Of a stretch of DNA of 64,000 bases, positions 40,901 through 48,979 are shown piece by piece. The stretch comes from Candidatus Cloacimonadales bacterium. GTDB lineage: Bacteria; Cloacimonadota; Cloacimonadia; Cloacimonadales; JAFGVF01. The stretch spans positions 1,504,001-1,568,000 of the forward strand of contig OY759729.1 in NCBI GenBank assembly GCA_963662585.1. Reading direction: 5' to 3'. Positions within the stretch are counted from its first letter, which is position 1. Every line of letters starts with the position of its first letter. Under the pieces are notes generated by a model that saw only the letters and a list, made by a program, of their open reading frames with translations, made no database searches and had not been told where the DNA came from. Both the position numbers and the translations under genes were made by a program.

Positions 40901-41243
40901 TTTTAAGCTTTATGACAGAAGCCAAGATATAGTTGTTGAAGAATCTAATTCCACACCTGTTTCTAGTGGCCAAGTAGTAGGTTCTGCTCAGGAACCATTC
41001 CCTATTAATATCGGAATCATTGAACTTATTGCTCCTAACAACTTAGATGTGGTAATAACTAATAGTATTGCTACTATCAATTGGATTGCTGTGCCTAACA
41101 GTGATTTCTATAAAGTATTCTACTCTACCGATTTAGAGAACTGGGTAGAATTAGGTCAAATAAGTGGTACTACTTTTGAACATACTCAAGCACGGAGTAA
41201 TACTGAAGCTCATTTCTATAAGATTAAAGCATTTAAAAATTAA
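34953..41243 (+). CDS. Secreted C25 (gingipain, Kgp-like) cysteine protease with propeptide and multiple Ig-like/adhesin domains
   Basis: Signal peptide, propeptide ('GEIGKAQLP', 'FPAQPSVSKS'), catalytic 'NYTAHGSET' (His) and 'GNCCLT' (Cys), plus 'YWDEDYWW' and 'MGDPS'. Confidence 0.9.
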   Translation: MREKIFLIVLIIISTTCLLLADTTIINYGDNQVNLKENLETEILIDYNLNSVSTRDYSSPQGNFTQLYLDNFGLTGEIGKAQLPYSSKIIAVPEGAKIVTELQADSPILIKLNEIGVNNRIFPAQPSVSKSSKPEDIVFVIDDKTYNSVGFIPQRQVEVIELGYQRGMRLFEVNYYPVAYNPAENTLSIIQNASLKIKFEGADLIATQYLRDKNYSPAFEANYASTIFNYRNNRSTLESYPLGYIVVAPSNYLDTLEPFIEWKTQQGFNVTILDVTTIGASTTAVKSAIANIWNNASPSNPAPSYLLICGDVAQVPAFTGTTDSGHVTDLDYVKLEGSDYLPEMYYGRFSATSTSQLTTIVNKTLMYEKYEMPDPSYLERATLIAGVDADWAPTHGNGTLNYGSQYYFNSAHNIDATTYYYPASGSSESSIFADINAGLGYLNYTAHGSETTWYDPSFTVSNVNSLTNVQQYPVVVGNCCLTNHFDTATCFGEAWLRASNGSVIYIGGTNSTYWDEDYWWSVGHFSPTSTANPTYAGTGLGMFDALFHENGEEYVNWVNSAGSMVYRGNMTVQGSSSTLKNYYWEIYSIMGDPSLIPMVGIPDAQTPNYANNLLLGATSLDVTAAPYSYVALTVDGVIIGTQLLDSNGSGTVNFPALTTPQSVRMVISRVDYQPYIVEIPVITANGPYLTLADYSVNDANNNGILEYGETASLNLVIENIGTSASSAGTITFSESDPFLSLTSTSASVSSISAESSLNVNNVINFSIANNIPNDHTMSLSYVIIADGEEYTGSITLTGKSYDMEITNISIDDTESGNGNNVIDVGETFEIVVLVENNGAANSPTNAISIANASYISYNSTSLTVPALTAGNSQEVSFTASASSSIPAGQLVTFTVNANYPNGSTEFSQEFLAALLQIGQGTVTDAHLPMEPFYGYSYSQSIYTASELNLGVSQINKIAYQYNGNSSWTDAIVIYMGNTTKSSFTSSSDWVSSTNLTQVYSGSFIAPATAGWIEIELTTPFNYDGTSNLVIGFDENTSGYHASSDEFYCYASGSDRSIYYYSDGTNPNPASPQAMSVSANNPNLRIFSSASTLGPEIALNTTSLDFGEVIIGNSATKDFVISNTGGASLTGTITLPENFTFAGRNSDKEVVNTRTSSQNFTIPVGNNQTYSVIFTPTIELCYNNNLEISHNADQYSSYISLVACGIKPTYSSTTRLINKTLAPDTQDSYSYVIENTGSGDLEVLLEITDAERNSGGPDTYGYTWKDSNESDVSYNWIDISSTGTIISEGDDILEEITLPFTFTFYGEDYTAVNVCSNGFLSFNSTSTAYTNTTIPNATTPNALLAAFWDDLKATGSSFGNIYYQNFSTYSVIQWENVSHYNSTTPVNNETFQVILYNNGDIKYQYKTILDDADCTVGIENQAGDDGLLLTYNSTFLENEYAIMFTSGTSTNNWLSLSSDALVIPEGSSETISVNFDARDLELGTYNKNIFVITNDPEHQEITIPVTLLVGGSASPDILVDKQAIDFGTVMTNDEILESITITNIGGETLTGNVSATNSFTLTEARGNVSKNDILADHKGLRRVRNLDFSLEPAQSKIYYLSHTTAIADSYEGDLTITSNDPENSEIAIPLTLEVLNPALISIDPQSIELTLQADQTTSRDLTISNTGDLDLNCTLTLQTNENRDVFEIFSANFDDNDLTGWDIDYLYSADHTWHIAEDYSGSSIDGSSFLFIDSDAAGSGNAIDDTIESPLFNVSNYETITIEFDHYFNKYSEEIADVDFWTGTEWINIAQWQGEDIGYWSAPNHFTYTLTNEGYSDVKLRFHYYDAIYEYYWAIDNLVVSGEGSPAPQWVSMDSEFNSFTVLPNSNEVISLNFSSTDFVAGEYTASLNIQSNSATNSSLDIPVTLTIRELENEPDWEPVIYPNNSATIYAEVTHLSSDIAADDIVSAWVGNECRGIGSIVIVDRSQAFTTIVVQSNGSAENVYFKLYDRSQDIVVEESNSTPVSSGQVVGSAQEPFPINIGIIELIAPNNLDVVITNSIATINWIAVPNSDFYKVFYSTDLENWVELGQISGTTFEHTQARSNTEAHFYKIKAFKN

Positions 41244-41261
41244 TATAGAATAAACTAACTT

Positions 41262-41292
41262 ACGGGATTACAGTGTAATCCCGTTTTTTTTT
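41262..41292 (+). terminator. Rho-independent terminator
   Basis: ACGGGATTACA-G-TGTAATCCCGT followed by a T run. Confidence 0.8.
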
Positions 41293-41575
41293 GGGTTTTA
41301 CCCAGATAGTGCAGCGACACTGTCCAGTAAATTTCTCTATATCTTTTATCCATAATATATTTGAATAATGATCTATAATCCTTAGATACTTATTTTCCAC
41401 TAGACTTAAACTAAAATCTTTTTGTTCTCCGCTAAAGCGTCGAACCACTATTGATGGGGATCTCTAGGCTACCAAGAAACAGCTCCTATGGAGCAAAGTT
41501 AAGCAAAGTTAAGCAAAAGTAAGCAACCTAAATAAGCAGTTAACCACGAAATTTGGAACAGGACAAAAAAAGTAT

Positions 41576-41617
41576 TTGACAAAAAGAGCATACTGTATAT
41601 ATTGTGTATATACAGTA
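41576..41617 (+). promoter_or_regulatory. Sigma70 promoter with YtrA-type palindromic operator
   Basis: TTGACA at 41576. TACTGTATATA-TTGTG-TATATACAGTA (11-bp perfect arms, 41591-41617) overlaps the -10 region upstream of the GntR gene. Confidence 0.75.
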
Positions 41618-41837
41618 TGAACAATGATATTAAACCAGAATGGTGTAGTAGAGCTTTAGTGAAGAGTGCAGATTATTCTAGCAAAATAGCTTACAGAATT
41701 TTGACGCATATAATATATATATTCGGAGAAATTATGGAAGTTACTTTTGCAGAATAATATAGGGCTAGTCACAAAGGTCTACTGTATTATTTGGGTTAAA
41801 TTCAAATGATAAAGAAGACTTAACAATAGGAGTAATT

Positions 41838-42212
41838 ATGGTAATTTTAGTAAGTAATAGTTCTGATTTGCCTATCTACGAACAAATTGCTGAACAGATA
41901 AAGGCCCAAATTATCAAGCAAGAGCTAAAAGAGGGTGATATTCTTCCTTCAATAAGAAGTCTAGCCCGTGAGTTAAAGATAAGCGTAATAACGACCAAAA
42001 AGGCATATTCAGAATTAGAGAAGGAGCATTTTGTAGAGACTGTTCCTGGCAAAGGAACATTTGTAGCCAAGGCTAATTTAGAATTTCTGCAAGAGATAAA
42101 ATTGAGGAAGATAGAAGAGTATCTACTCTTAGCATTACAAGAGGCCAAAAGCTTGAATTTATCTAAAGAAGAATTTATCAACATCTTAAATATCTTAGAG
42201 GAGGAGCAATAA
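41838..42212 (+). CDS. GntR family regulator, YtrA subfamily
   Basis: 'PIYEQI', 'LPSIRSLA', 'SVITTKKAY' and 'GKGTFV'; short C-terminus; precedes ABC genes. Confidence 0.92.
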   Translation: MVILVSNSSDLPIYEQIAEQIKAQIIKQELKEGDILPSIRSLARELKISVITTKKAYSELEKEHFVETVPGKGTFVAKANLEFLQEIKLRKIEEYLLLALQEAKSLNLSKEEFINILNILEEEQ

Positions 42213-43066
42213 TGAAGAATATTTTAGAGATTAATAATTTAGTTAAAAGATATATAGGCTTCAAGTTGGGAGAGATTTCTCTTAGTTTAGAACCTGGTAC
42301 AATATTAGGAATTGTAGGACCTAATGGAGCAGGAAAAACAACGCTATTAAAAAGCATTATGGGGATGGCAATTAAAGAATCAGGAGAGATTAAAGTCTTT
42401 GGTAAAAACTTAGACACTGATGGAGTAGAGATTAGGAACAGAATAGGATTCGTTAATAATGATAAAGCTGTTACTGGCTTTATCACACCTAAGAGTTTCG
42501 GGAAAATGTATGGTAGGTTTTTTAGCAAATGGAATGAGCAGAGATACCTTGACTATTTAAATAGATTTGAACTTCCTCATTCAAAATATATTAATAAATT
42601 ATCACAAGGTATGCAGATGAAGCTTTCTTTAGCTTTTGCTCTATCTCATGAAGCTGACTTGTTAATATTAGATGAACCAACTGCCGGACTTGACCCTATC
42701 TTCAAAGAAGAGATATTAGATATAATATTAGCTGAAATAGAAGATACTAATAAAAGTGTTATAATTTCTACACATATTACTTCAGATTTAGATAAATGTG
42801 CTGATTACCTCTTAGTAATGAATCAAGGAAAGAAATTATTAATGGGGACTAAAGATGAAATTATAGAATCTCATTACCTAGTAAAAGCAGATAAATCATT
42901 ACTTAATCAGGATAACAAAAAGCTCTTTATTAATATCAAAGAGAATAAGTTTGGTTTTGAGGGATTAACCAAGGAAATTAATTCAGTTAAAGAAATTCTT
43001 TCCAAAGATTGTGTAATAGAGAAAGCTAAGGTAGAAGATATTATGTATTATTACTGCAAGAAGTAG
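42212..43066 (+). CDS. ABC transporter ATP-binding protein (YtrB-like)
   Basis: GPNGAGKT, LSQGM, ILDEPTAGLD and ISTH motifs. Confidence 0.92.
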   Translation: MKNILEINNLVKRYIGFKLGEISLSLEPGTILGIVGPNGAGKTTLLKSIMGMAIKESGEIKVFGKNLDTDGVEIRNRIGFVNNDKAVTGFITPKSFGKMYGRFFSKWNEQRYLDYLNRFELPHSKYINKLSQGMQMKLSLAFALSHEADLLILDEPTAGLDPIFKEEILDIILAEIEDTNKSVIISTHITSDLDKCADYLLVMNQGKKLLMGTKDEIIESHYLVKADKSLLNQDNKKLFINIKENKFGFEGLTKEINSVKEILSKDCVIEKAKVEDIMYYYCKK

Positions 43067-43072
43067 GTCAAG

Positions 43073-43660
43073 ATGTTAAATATAATGCTAAAATATTTAC
43101 GAAACAGTAGGATTTTACTCTTCACATACTTAGTTATTCCAGCAACATTCATTCTTATTGGAAATTTAAATCTCTGGTTTCTTTCTATAGTAACTTTTAA
43201 CTTTTCTTTTATGATACTTTTTGATGATTTAAATTATACTATTGGGTTACCAGTTAAGAGGTCTGATATCATTAATGGCAACTATCTAGCCTATTTTATT
43301 TTGGCGACTATCAATATATCTTATCTATTCCTTCTTATCTATTTAGTTACAAGTTTCTTACCTTATGAAACAGATGAATCATTTTCTTTAATAGGCTTTC
43401 TTTACTGTCTAAATAGTTTAGCCTTGTATTCCCTAATTATTCCCTTTTCAATTAAAGAAAAGATTAGTATCAATTACCGATGGGTTAAAATTTATCCAGC
43501 TGTCGGCTTTTTGATGATGCTTCCTTTACTGGCATATATTGATATACTACTAGAGATTAGCCTTATTTATCATCTAATATTCACTATTTTATTCATTTCA
43601 ACAATCTTCATTTATGGCTATAAGGATTCCTTGAAGACTGTTGAATTACTTGATTTTTAA
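43073..43660 (+). CDS. ABC-2 type permease
   Basis: Multi-TM protein with 'LPVKRSDII..Y' motif. Confidence 0.75.
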   Translation: MLNIMLKYLRNSRILLFTYLVIPATFILIGNLNLWFLSIVTFNFSFMILFDDLNYTIGLPVKRSDIINGNYLAYFILATINISYLFLLIYLVTSFLPYETDESFSLIGFLYCLNSLALYSLIIPFSIKEKISINYRWVKIYPAVGFLMMLPLLAYIDILLEISLIYHLIFTILFISTIFIYGYKDSLKTVELLDF

Positions 43661-43670
43661 GGAGGTAAGG

Positions 43671-44273
43671 ATGTTATTAAATTTATACAAATACTATATA
43701 GAATCAACTAAGAGATTAATTTTAGTGTTTCTAGTTTATTCTATTGTTCAAGTAGTTTTGATTTTAGATGGTTCTTATACTTCTACTGCAATTATAAATT
43801 CGTTAATTATTACAGGTTTATATACAGTATTCAACAAGAATAATCGTCATTTGCTATCTTCCCTACCCATATGTAGAGAAAAGATGTTTTTTGCCGATTA
43901 TCTAGCTCTCTTAAGCATTTTAATGCTTAGTAATATTATAATTGTTACTATGTATTATGGACTTGGAGCAATGCTAAATAATCCTAACTTTAATACACCG
44001 CTGAACATTATTCTAGGCATATCCTTTCTAGCTATAGCGAATTCCCTAGTACTTAAATGTTCTTATGATTATTTCGCTAGACTAGGAACTAAAGGCAAGA
44101 TTATTACAACTTCAATCGTAGCTATTGTCTTTGTCCTAGTAACATTCTTCATTATAGCAATAAGTGATTTTTTCCAATCTACTGCTGATATTTTCTTTTA
44201 TGCTTTAGGAATAGTTATCTTATTAATAATATTTCTTGTAACTAAAAGCTACTACTTGCGTTTAGATTTATAG
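43671..44273 (+). CDS. ABC-2 type permease
   Basis: Multi-TM protein with 'SLPICRE'; ATG 43671 follows an AAGGAGG RBS. Confidence 0.72.
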   Translation: MLLNLYKYYIESTKRLILVFLVYSIVQVVLILDGSYTSTAIINSLIITGLYTVFNKNNRHLLSSLPICREKMFFADYLALLSILMLSNIIIVTMYYGLGAMLNNPNFNTPLNIILGISFLAIANSLVLKCSYDYFARLGTKGKIITTSIVAIVFVLVTFFIIAISDFFQSTADIFFYALGIVILLIIFLVTKSYYLRLDL

Positions 44274-44306
44274 AACACAGTAATGTATCCTCTCACTACC
44301 TAAATT

Positions 44307-44341
44307 GACCGATCTGTCGCATTAGATCGGTCTTTTTTTTT
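44307..44341 (+). terminator. Rho-independent terminator
   Basis: GACCGATCT...AGATCGGTC followed by a T run. Confidence 0.75.
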
Positions 44342-44438
44342 ATTATTTAAAATCAGTATTAAGGTGGCCTATTTAGTCGCAAATTTATAGGATGGTGAAT
44401 ATTAATTATCCCCTCTATTAGTGAATTTCGTGATAAAA

Positions 44439-46550
44439 ATCGAGTAGGGTGGTGCGTTAGCACCATCCCTCTCACAGAACCGTGCGTACGGGACTCGTAC
44501 ACGGCTCCTGATAAACCTTGTAATTATTCATAATAATTAAATAAAACACTTGTAGGTTTCGATAGTAAGTCATATAGCCCTAATTGCTCAAACCATTCAT
44601 TAGGTAAAGCTCTATGAATATGATAACAACCAGAATTCTTCCAATGTGTCATAGATATTTTCGGAAAATCACTTTTATGCCCAACTCTTCTAAGTTGTTG
44701 GTGAAAAGCTTTCCAACTTTTCCATTCCCGCATTTTCTTCATTCTTAGTCGCCGCCTTATCCATGATAATAGAGACTGAAAGACTCCTTTGCAATTTGCC
44801 ACCCTAAAGTAATTCGACCAACCTCTCAATATCGGATTAAGTCTTTTAATCATTGTCTGGACATTAATTCCGCTATTCCGTGGAGTCAGTGACCGAATCT
44901 TATCTTTGAACGCTTTTACTCTTTTATCCTCTATCTTTACATATGCTTCATGTATTTCGAAGCCAAGATACTTGACTCCTTTAAATACACTCGCAATATG
45001 TGTCTTTTCTTCATTTACGATGAGATAAATTGAGTTTAGATATTCTACCGCAATTCGTTGATATTGTTCTGCTTTTTTCTTAGTCTTAGCAAAAAGTAAA
45101 ATGTCATCAGCATAGCGTACTATCTCGATTCCTCGACTTTTCATTTCTTGGTCAAAACTATCAAGATATATGTTCATAAGAAGTGGAGAGATTACCCCTC
45201 CTTGTGGACTTCCTACTTCAGTTTCGCTATACTTCCCTTCTTGCATAACACCAGACTTTAAGATTTTCTCTATCAACTTTAATAATGTTCCGTCACTTAT
45301 TTTCCTATTTAATGATTGCATTATGAATTTATGATTTAATGTATCAAAACATTTTGATAAATCCATATCCACTACAAAAGGAAGCTCTTCCTGAACCATT
45401 AATATATGTGCTTTAGCCACTGCCTTTTGACAACTTTTGTTGGGACGGTAGCCATAGCTTTGTGGATGAAAATCAGGTTCAAAAATTGGTTGGATGATGT
45501 TATTTATTGCCTGCTGTACGATTCTATCTTTTACAGTAGGTATTCCTAATGGCCTCATCTTACCATTTCCTTTAGGTATCTCTACCCGTTTCACAGGTGA
45601 TGGGATATACTTCCCACTTTTCAATTCTAAATGAATCTGCTCTAAGTTCTCTTGTAGAGTCTCACCAAACTTAGATATAGTAATATTATCTATACCTTCT
45701 GCACCTCTATTTTTCTTTACCTTTAGGAAAGATTCATAGAGATTACCTTTTGAGTAAACTTTATCAATTAAACTGTACCACTTCTTCATTTAGTTTCTCC
45801 TTTTTCACAATAAACAATGTTTAAATTATACTTTCAAATGACAGTTAATTCAATGAAGACCTTCGAAGTTTTTAGCATAAAGCAATCTATCAAAGATTTT
45901 ATAGGTTTTGACTATTATCCTTTTTTTTAACTTCATCTACTCAGTCTCGTAAGGTCATGATAGAAAGAAGGTACTCACCACCGTCTATCCGAGCCTTGAA
46001 TCTTTCGATTCTCTTCGTTTCCTACTTTTAAGAAAATATCTCTTTAATTATGTTTATTCTTTGGTTTATCTTCATCCCTTCACATGAGATATTTCCTTTT
46101 GAAAAATATCCCCCAATATTACTAAGAATATTATCCCCTCTGTTTTATCCTCCAGTCTGTCACCAGCTTTCATAGGCAAAGGGTTAGTCACTACTACGGA
46201 ATCATCTGCCACCTGCTTATGCTTAATACAACTCTTGCCTTTCAGCTTGTAGTCATAGTTACTCTATTAGAGACATTAACAGGCTTCCCCAGTTAAGCTA
46301 TCCTGCCTGAATGTAAATCCATCTGTTGTAATCCATGTAATCGACTGACTTTTGGGCGTTCTCACTTTTCGAAGAGTTACCCACTACATGAACCAAAATC
46401 AGTTTACTTTCGCTATGTTCCACATTCTTCCTGCGTCTTACTTCAGACCCTGCCGTTGCCAGCAACGCCCTTGACCTCAGATTGACTTCCTGTCAGTTGG
46501 GTGTCAGGACTTCTTTCAGTCCATCGGCTCAGATAACATTCTGGGCAAAC
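44439..46550 (-). mobile_element. Group II intron, bacterial class C (IIC)
   Basis: 5' end GTTTGCCCAG directly after a terminator hairpin. Short domain V GAGCCGTGTACG..CGTACGCACGGTTC at 44477-44507, domain VI ending CTACTCGAT, and an internal RT ORF. Confidence 0.9.
44524..45789 (-). CDS. ltrA: Group II intron reverse transcriptase/maturase (no endonuclease domain)
   Basis: RPLGIPTVKDRIVQ, SYGYRP, DMDLSKCFD, GSPQGGVISP, RYADD, YLGF and 'LRGWSNYF' (domain X). Confidence 0.95.
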   Translation of the reverse strand: MKKWYSLIDKVYSKGNLYESFLKVKKNRGAEGIDNITISKFGETLQENLEQIHLELKSGKYIPSPVKRVEIPKGNGKMRPLGIPTVKDRIVQQAINNIIQPIFEPDFHPQSYGYRPNKSCQKAVAKAHILMVQEELPFVVDMDLSKCFDTLNHKFIMQSLNRKISDGTLLKLIEKILKSGVMQEGKYSETEVGSPQGGVISPLLMNIYLDSFDQEMKSRGIEIVRYADDILLFAKTKKKAEQYQRIAVEYLNSIYLIVNEEKTHIASVFKGVKYLGFEIHEAYVKIEDKRVKAFKDKIRSLTPRNSGINVQTMIKRLNPILRGWSNYFRVANCKGVFQSLLSWIRRRLRMKKMREWKSWKAFHQQLRRVGHKSDFPKISMTHWKNSGCYHIHRALPNEWFEQLGLYDLLSKPTSVLFNYYE

Positions 46551-46573
46551 GAAAAAGCCCTGAACTCAGGGCT
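46551..46573 (-). terminator. Terminator hairpin used as the intron target
   Basis: Minus strand AGCCCTG-AGTT-CAGGGCT-TTTTC, then intron, then TTTT. Confidence 0.8.
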
Positions 46574-46603
46574 ATAAATATTTGTGCTTATTTGTGGCCT
46601 TTT

Positions 46604-48838
46604 TTATTTCAGTAAAATCATCTTTCGTGAGCTACTAAAAGAACCACTTCTCATCTTATAGAGATATATTCCTGAAGCAACGGGATTTCCCTGTTCATTA
46701 GTAGCGTTCCAAACTATACTATGATTACCGCGAGAGTAATTATCTCTGACAAGTGACTTTACTTTTCTACCTTTGATATCATAAACATCTATTATAACTT
46801 CACTGTTCTTTTCAACAAAGAAGCTTATAGTTGTTTCAGGATTAAAAGGATTAGGATAATTTTGTTGCAAGGAAGCTTGAAGCACCGGAGCAGAATCATT
46901 ATCATTAGAAACAGTAGTAACATTAACAGTTAAAGGAATATCTACTAATTCATTAGTTGGGTCGTTAGTATGAACCCTTACTGTTGCTGTATATACTCCA
47001 CTTGGTAGCAGTTCTTGAGGGAAACTGAAGTTAATTGTTTCAGGATCATTTTCATTGATACTACCTTGCCATCTATCTAAAGCAACCCAAGGGGCATTAT
47101 AAGAGATTTTTATAGCATGATAACTACTTAAATAGTTACTATTATAGATAACTTGAAGTCCATCTGTTGCATCACTATTCTCAATACCTATAGTTGCACT
47201 ATATAAGTTCCCATCCATTTCATTATAGTAGAAATAGATATCTCCATTATCATGTAGATGAGCTTGGAAGTTTAAGTTACCTGTTCCATTAAAGAATGGG
47301 AAGTTAGTATATTGAACGATAAAAACTCTATTTTCTTCATCATAGTAGTAGTGGAAATCTGCATTTGCACCATTAAGATCATCCCAGAAAATAGCAATTA
47401 AGTCATTTGGTTGAAAAGGAGATGGGATTGGGTCATTGCTGTAATCAACACCATCTTCACCAAAAGTAATATAGCCATTAGATGCAACTCTTGCCATATC
47501 TTTTAACTGTCCATAGAAAGGAAAACTAAATGGTAAATCTAAATCGACATAATCATCTGTACTCTGGAAATTAACATAAGTACCCATATCGCTTATATCG
47601 TTCCAAACAAAGTCAAGTCCATCTTCATCACTATCTAGCCAACTATATCCATATAGATCCGGACCACCAAGGTTACGAGTAACTTCTGGTACTTCAATCC
47701 AATAATCTAATAGCTGCTGTCCTAGATTGTTAACTTCCAGAGATATTTGGCCATCTCCATTATAAGAATCTACTTCCAAAACACCAGAGTATTCAAAAAT
47801 AGGGAAAGAGAAATTATTAATTGAAATAGGTATAGTCACTTCAGAATATTCAGGATCATTAGTATTGAAAGAAATATTTCCTTGATAAGTACCTGAGTTT
47901 TCATTAGTAAACTCCAGCTCTAATTCTAGCATATTACCAAGATTGAGTGTTGCAGAATTTATGTTAGAAATATTGAATACAGGATTTGTTGATGAGATAT
48001 TAGTAATCTCTAAAGGGTTATTTCCAAGATTTTGAATCAAGATGCTTTGAGTAATACTTTCCCCAGGGGCTATTGTACCTAAATCAAGAGAAGATTGGTC
48101 ATAATATAACTCAGGACCAGGAGTATTAGTCAAATAAGAAATATAAAGTTGCATTAAATTTCTCTTAGTATTAAGATTTTCACTATCAATTACTGCTGCT
48201 ACCAAGAAACTGGAAGCAATCGAACGATAATTTGCAGTTTGATTAAACACTGTTCTGATATGATTGTCATTAGATTGGAAGAGTACTTCTCCACTTGTTG
48301 GATTAAACCAGTTGTTATAAATATCAGCATAAGTATTCACTTGATGTTGTAAGACTTTACCTTCAGAGAAGGTATCTACTTGTCCGCTCAAGCTACTAAT
48401 ACCAGTATGAATAAGTCCCTGTCCAGCAAACTCGATACCAAAATAGCTAAGGAAGTTTGTTCCTGCATGGTCTTGGCCGATGTTTACACCTTCAAAATAG
48501 ACTGCACCACCGTTATCCATATATTCAATAAGAGCTTCTTGTTGAGAGGTGTTCACGACACCTGGAGGTGTGAGTCCTCAGGATTCACAAAAAGTGCCTA
48601 CTGAAACGATAACAACATCATATTCGGATAGACTAGTTGTCAATTCTGGAGCCACAATATTTTGGACTCCTAAATCATTAAGAATATTCCCCATTGCTGC
48701 TGCTGCAGAAGAAGGATATCCTGTTTCTGCATTAACAATCTGAGCAGTTTGGACTTCGTTTTCCCAAATAAACACATTTATTGCTGATAAGGATATTAAA
48801 GATATCATTACCATTGTTATTAGTATTATTTTCTTCAT
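46604..48838 (-). CDS. Secreted multidomain protein with FlgD/T9SS-like CTD; one frame with in-frame TGA at 48578-48580 (candidate CxxU selenoprotein, 744 aa)
   Basis: ATG 48838 with AAGGAG RBS and signal peptide MKKIILITMVMISLISLSA. The frame reads ...VSVGTFCES-TGA-GLTPPGVVNTSQQEALIEYMDNGG... with no frameshift and ends NYPNPFNPET...RKMILLK. Confidence 0.72.
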
Positions 48839-48979
48839 AGATTCTCCTTTATTAAGGACAATATATTGTACTTGCATAAAAATGCAAGAATATTATTTTT
48901 CATTTTGTTGATTTGTAGAAGTCTTCCCAGTTGAGATGCCTTCAAGATTAAGGCGCTCCCAGTGGGTTCTACAGTTTTT

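Noticed and set aside
41492..41526. AGCAAAGTTA short tandem repeat as iterons or a regulatory array
   Set aside because: Only ~3 degenerate copies and no replication gene nearby; function cannot be supported.
48578..48580. Genome-wide UGA reassignment (genetic code 4 or 25)
   Set aside because: TGA terminates pilN, the pilW-like gene, pilT, the FetB-like permease and the helicase at natural ends overlapping the next start. No other gene appears split by TGA.
46604..48877. Two separate genes, as in the ORF track
   Set aside because: Same frame, no RBS or signal peptide for the GTG at 48556, and the domain runs across the stop. A nonsense pseudogene remains possible but is less favoured given the CxxU context and hairpin.
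48914..48971. Structured element upstream of the candidate selenoprotein gene as a riboswitch
   Set aside because: An imperfect hairpin (TGTAGAA...TTCTACA) directly after the previous gene's stop is more simply a terminator or REP-like remnant. No riboswitch consensus was recognised.
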